DNA from: Mobula hypostoma | Lineage: Eukaryota | NCBI RefSeq assembly: GCF_963921235.1 | Contig: NC_086107.1 | Span: 116,314,001 to 116,378,000, forward strand | Direction of reading: 5' to 3' | DNA length: 64,000 nt | Shown: positions 61,380 to 64,000 of the stretch, piece by piece | How the letters are laid out: each line of letters opens with the position of its first letter | Numbering within the stretch: position 1 is the first letter of the stretch | Translations under genes and position numbers: made by a program | The notes under the pieces: generated by a model | The model's input: the letters and a program-made list of their open reading frames with translations, nothing else | Database searches by the model: none | Told to the model about the DNA's origin: nothing

Positions 61380-64000
61380 TAAGGTACAGGAGCAGAATTA
61401 GGCCATTTGGCCCATCGAGTCTGCTCTGCCATTTCATCATGGCCAATCCATTTTTCCTCTCAGCCCCAATCTCCTGCCTTCTCCCTGTATCCCTTTATGC
61501 CCTGACCAGTCAAGAATCTATCAACGTCTGCCTTAAATATACATAAAGACTTGGCCTTCACGGCCGCCTGTGGCAAAGAATTCCACAGATTTACCACTCT
61601 GGCTGAAGAAATTCTTTCTCATTTCTGTCCTGAAAGGACAGCCCTCTATTCTGAGACCCCTCTCTCACCGTAGGAAACATCCACTCTATCAAGGCCTTTC
61701 ACCATTAGATAGATTCCAATGGATAACCACTCATTCTTCTAGTGAATACAGGCCCAGAGCCATCAAACATTCTTCATATGACAAGCCATTCAACCATGGA
61801 ATCATTTTCATGAACCCCCTTTAAACTCGCTCCAGTTTCAGCACATCCTTTCTGAGATAAGGGGCCCAAACCTGCTCACAATACTCCAAGTGGGGCCTCA
61901 CCAGTGCTTTATAAAGCCTCAACATTACATCCTTGCTTTTATATTCTAGTCCTCTTGAAATGAATGCTAACATTACATTTGCCTTCGTCACCACAGACTC
62001 AACTTACAAATTAACCTTTAGGGAATCCTGCACAAGGACTCCCAAATCCCTTCGCATCTCAGTTTTTTGTATTTCCTCTCCCTAAACTTTTGCCCTTTAA
62101 CTCTCAACTCATGTCCTCTTGTTTGAATCTCCCCCACTCTCAATGGAAAAAGCCTATCCACGTCAACTCTATCTATCCCCCTCATAATTTTAAACACCTC
62201 TATCAAGTCTCCCCTCAACCTTCTACGCTCCAAAGAATAAAGACCTAACTTGTTCAACCTTTCTCTGTAACTTAGGTGATGAAACCTAGACCAAGGAGGA
62301 CCGGTAGATGTTGTGTACCTGGATTTTCAGAAGGCCTTTGATAAGGTGCCACACATGAGGCTGTTTAACAAGCTATGAGCCCTTGGTATTACAAGAAAGA
62401 TTCTAGCATGGTTAAGGAAGTGACTGATTGGCAGGAGGCAAAGAGTGGCGATATATATAAACCATATAACAATTACAGCACGGAAACAGGCCATCTCAGC
62501 CCTTCTAGTCCATGCCAAACTCTTACTCTCACCTAGTTCCACCGAACTGCACTCAGCCCATAACCCTCCGTTCCTGTCCTGTCCATATATCTATCCAATT
62601 TAACTTTAAACGACAACATCGAACCTGCCTCAACCACTTCTGCTGGAAGCTCGTTCCACACAGCCACCACTCTCTGAGTAAAGAAGTTCCCCCTCATGTT
62701 ACACAACATCTACCGGTCCTCCTTGGTCTATCCTGCCTGTTAATTCTTCAAAGAATTCCAACAGATTTGTCAGGCAAGATTTCCCCATTAGGAAACCATG
62801 CTGACTACAACCTATTTTATCGTGTGCCCTGAAACCTCATCCTTAATAATCGACTCCATTTTCCCAACCATTGATGTCAGACTAACTGTTGTATAGTTTA
62901 TTTTCTTCTGCCTCTCTCCCTTCTTGAAGCGTGGAGTGACATTTGCAATTTTCCAGTCTTCGGGAACTATTTCAGAATCTAGTGATACTTGAAAGATCAT
63001 TACTAATGTTTCCATGATCTCTTCAGCCACTTCTTTCAGAACCCTGGTGTACTGTATCTGGTCCAGGTGACTTATCTACCTTCAGACCTTTAAGTTTCCC
63101 AAGAACCTTCTCTCTAGTTATGGTAACTTCACACACTTCACTCCTGACACCTGGAAGGAACTTCCACCACACTGCTAGTGTCTTCCACAGTGAAGACTGA
63201 TGCAAAATACTTATTCAGTTTGTCCGCTATTTCATTGTCCCCCATTACTGTCTCTCCAGCATCATTTTCCAGTGGCCTGACATCCACTCGCCTTTCTTTT
63301 ACGGTTATGTACTATGGCTAGCTTTTGTATACTTTTGTATTCCAACTTTACCTTAATGACTTTTTTTAGTTGCCTTCTGTCGGTTTTTTAAAGTTCCCCA
63401 ATCTTCTAACTTCCCACTAATTTTTGCTCTATTATATGCCCTACCTTTGGTTTTTATGTTGGCTTTGACCTCCCTTGTCAGCCATGGTTGTGTTATCCTG
63501 CCTTTAGAACATTTCTTCCTCTTTGGGATGTATATATCCTGTATCTTCCGAATTGCTTCCAGAAATTCCAGCCATTGCTGCTCTGCCGTCAACCCTGCCA
63601 GTGTTGTTTTCCAATCAATTCTGGCCAACTCCTCTCTCATGCCTCTGTAATTCCCCTTACTCCACTATAATACTGATATATCTGATTTTAGCTTCTCTTT
63701 CTCAAATTTCAGGGTGAATTTGATCATATTATAATCACTTCCCCTAAGGCTTCTTCTACCTTCAGCTCTCTGATCAATTCTGGTTCATTGCACAACACCC
63801 AATTCAGAGTAGCTGATCCCCCCGTGGGCTCGACCACCAGCTGCTCTAAAAAGCCATCTTGTAGGCTCTCTAGAAATTCCCCCTCTTGGAATCCAGCACT
63901 AACTGGATTTTACCTGCATATTGAAGACCCCCACAGCTATTGTAATATTGCCCTTTTGTCATACGTTTTCTACCTCCCTTGCAATTTGTAGGCCACATCC
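61380..64000 (-). mobile_element. Decayed CR1 ORF2 with a nested, rearranged younger CR1 3' fragment
   Basis: KSPGPD, PEDWKIANVTP.FKKG, QPWLTREVK and LRGDLIEVFKI remnants. Confidence 0.88.

Overview
Vertebrate genomic DNA. The CR1, Rex/Babar and Penelope repeat content and the G/C-skewed minisatellites suggest a cartilaginous fish, probably a ray; this is inference. Two spliced genes lie head-to-head. TAOK2 is on the minus strand (11 coding exons, 34058->14212, about 1035 aa). It has an intact kinase and the membrane-anchored alpha-type tail but apparently no coiled-coil exons. MAZ is on the plus strand (5 coding exons, 45584->58681, 347 aa, with a candidate alternative last exon). A short Cys-rich plus-strand terminal exon of an unidentified gene lies at 1920-2033. 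The most striking element is a full-length 6.4-kb Tx1-clade LINE (49247-55614, minus strand) in MAZ intron 4. It is inserted at the CCCC^GGG site of a 52-bp minisatellite unit, has a perfect 16-bp target-site duplication, and each of its ORFs is broken only by a 1-nt homopolymer gain. It is a candidate minisatellite-targeting retrotransposon. A second array of the same minisatellite upstream of MAZ carries a captured copy of the MAZ exon 4/intron 4 junction. The rest of the window is nested transposon debris (CR1, L2, Rex/Babar, Penelope-like with hammerhead relics, Tc1, hAT, a MITE) and about 10 tandem arrays, which explain most of the long ORFs in the track.
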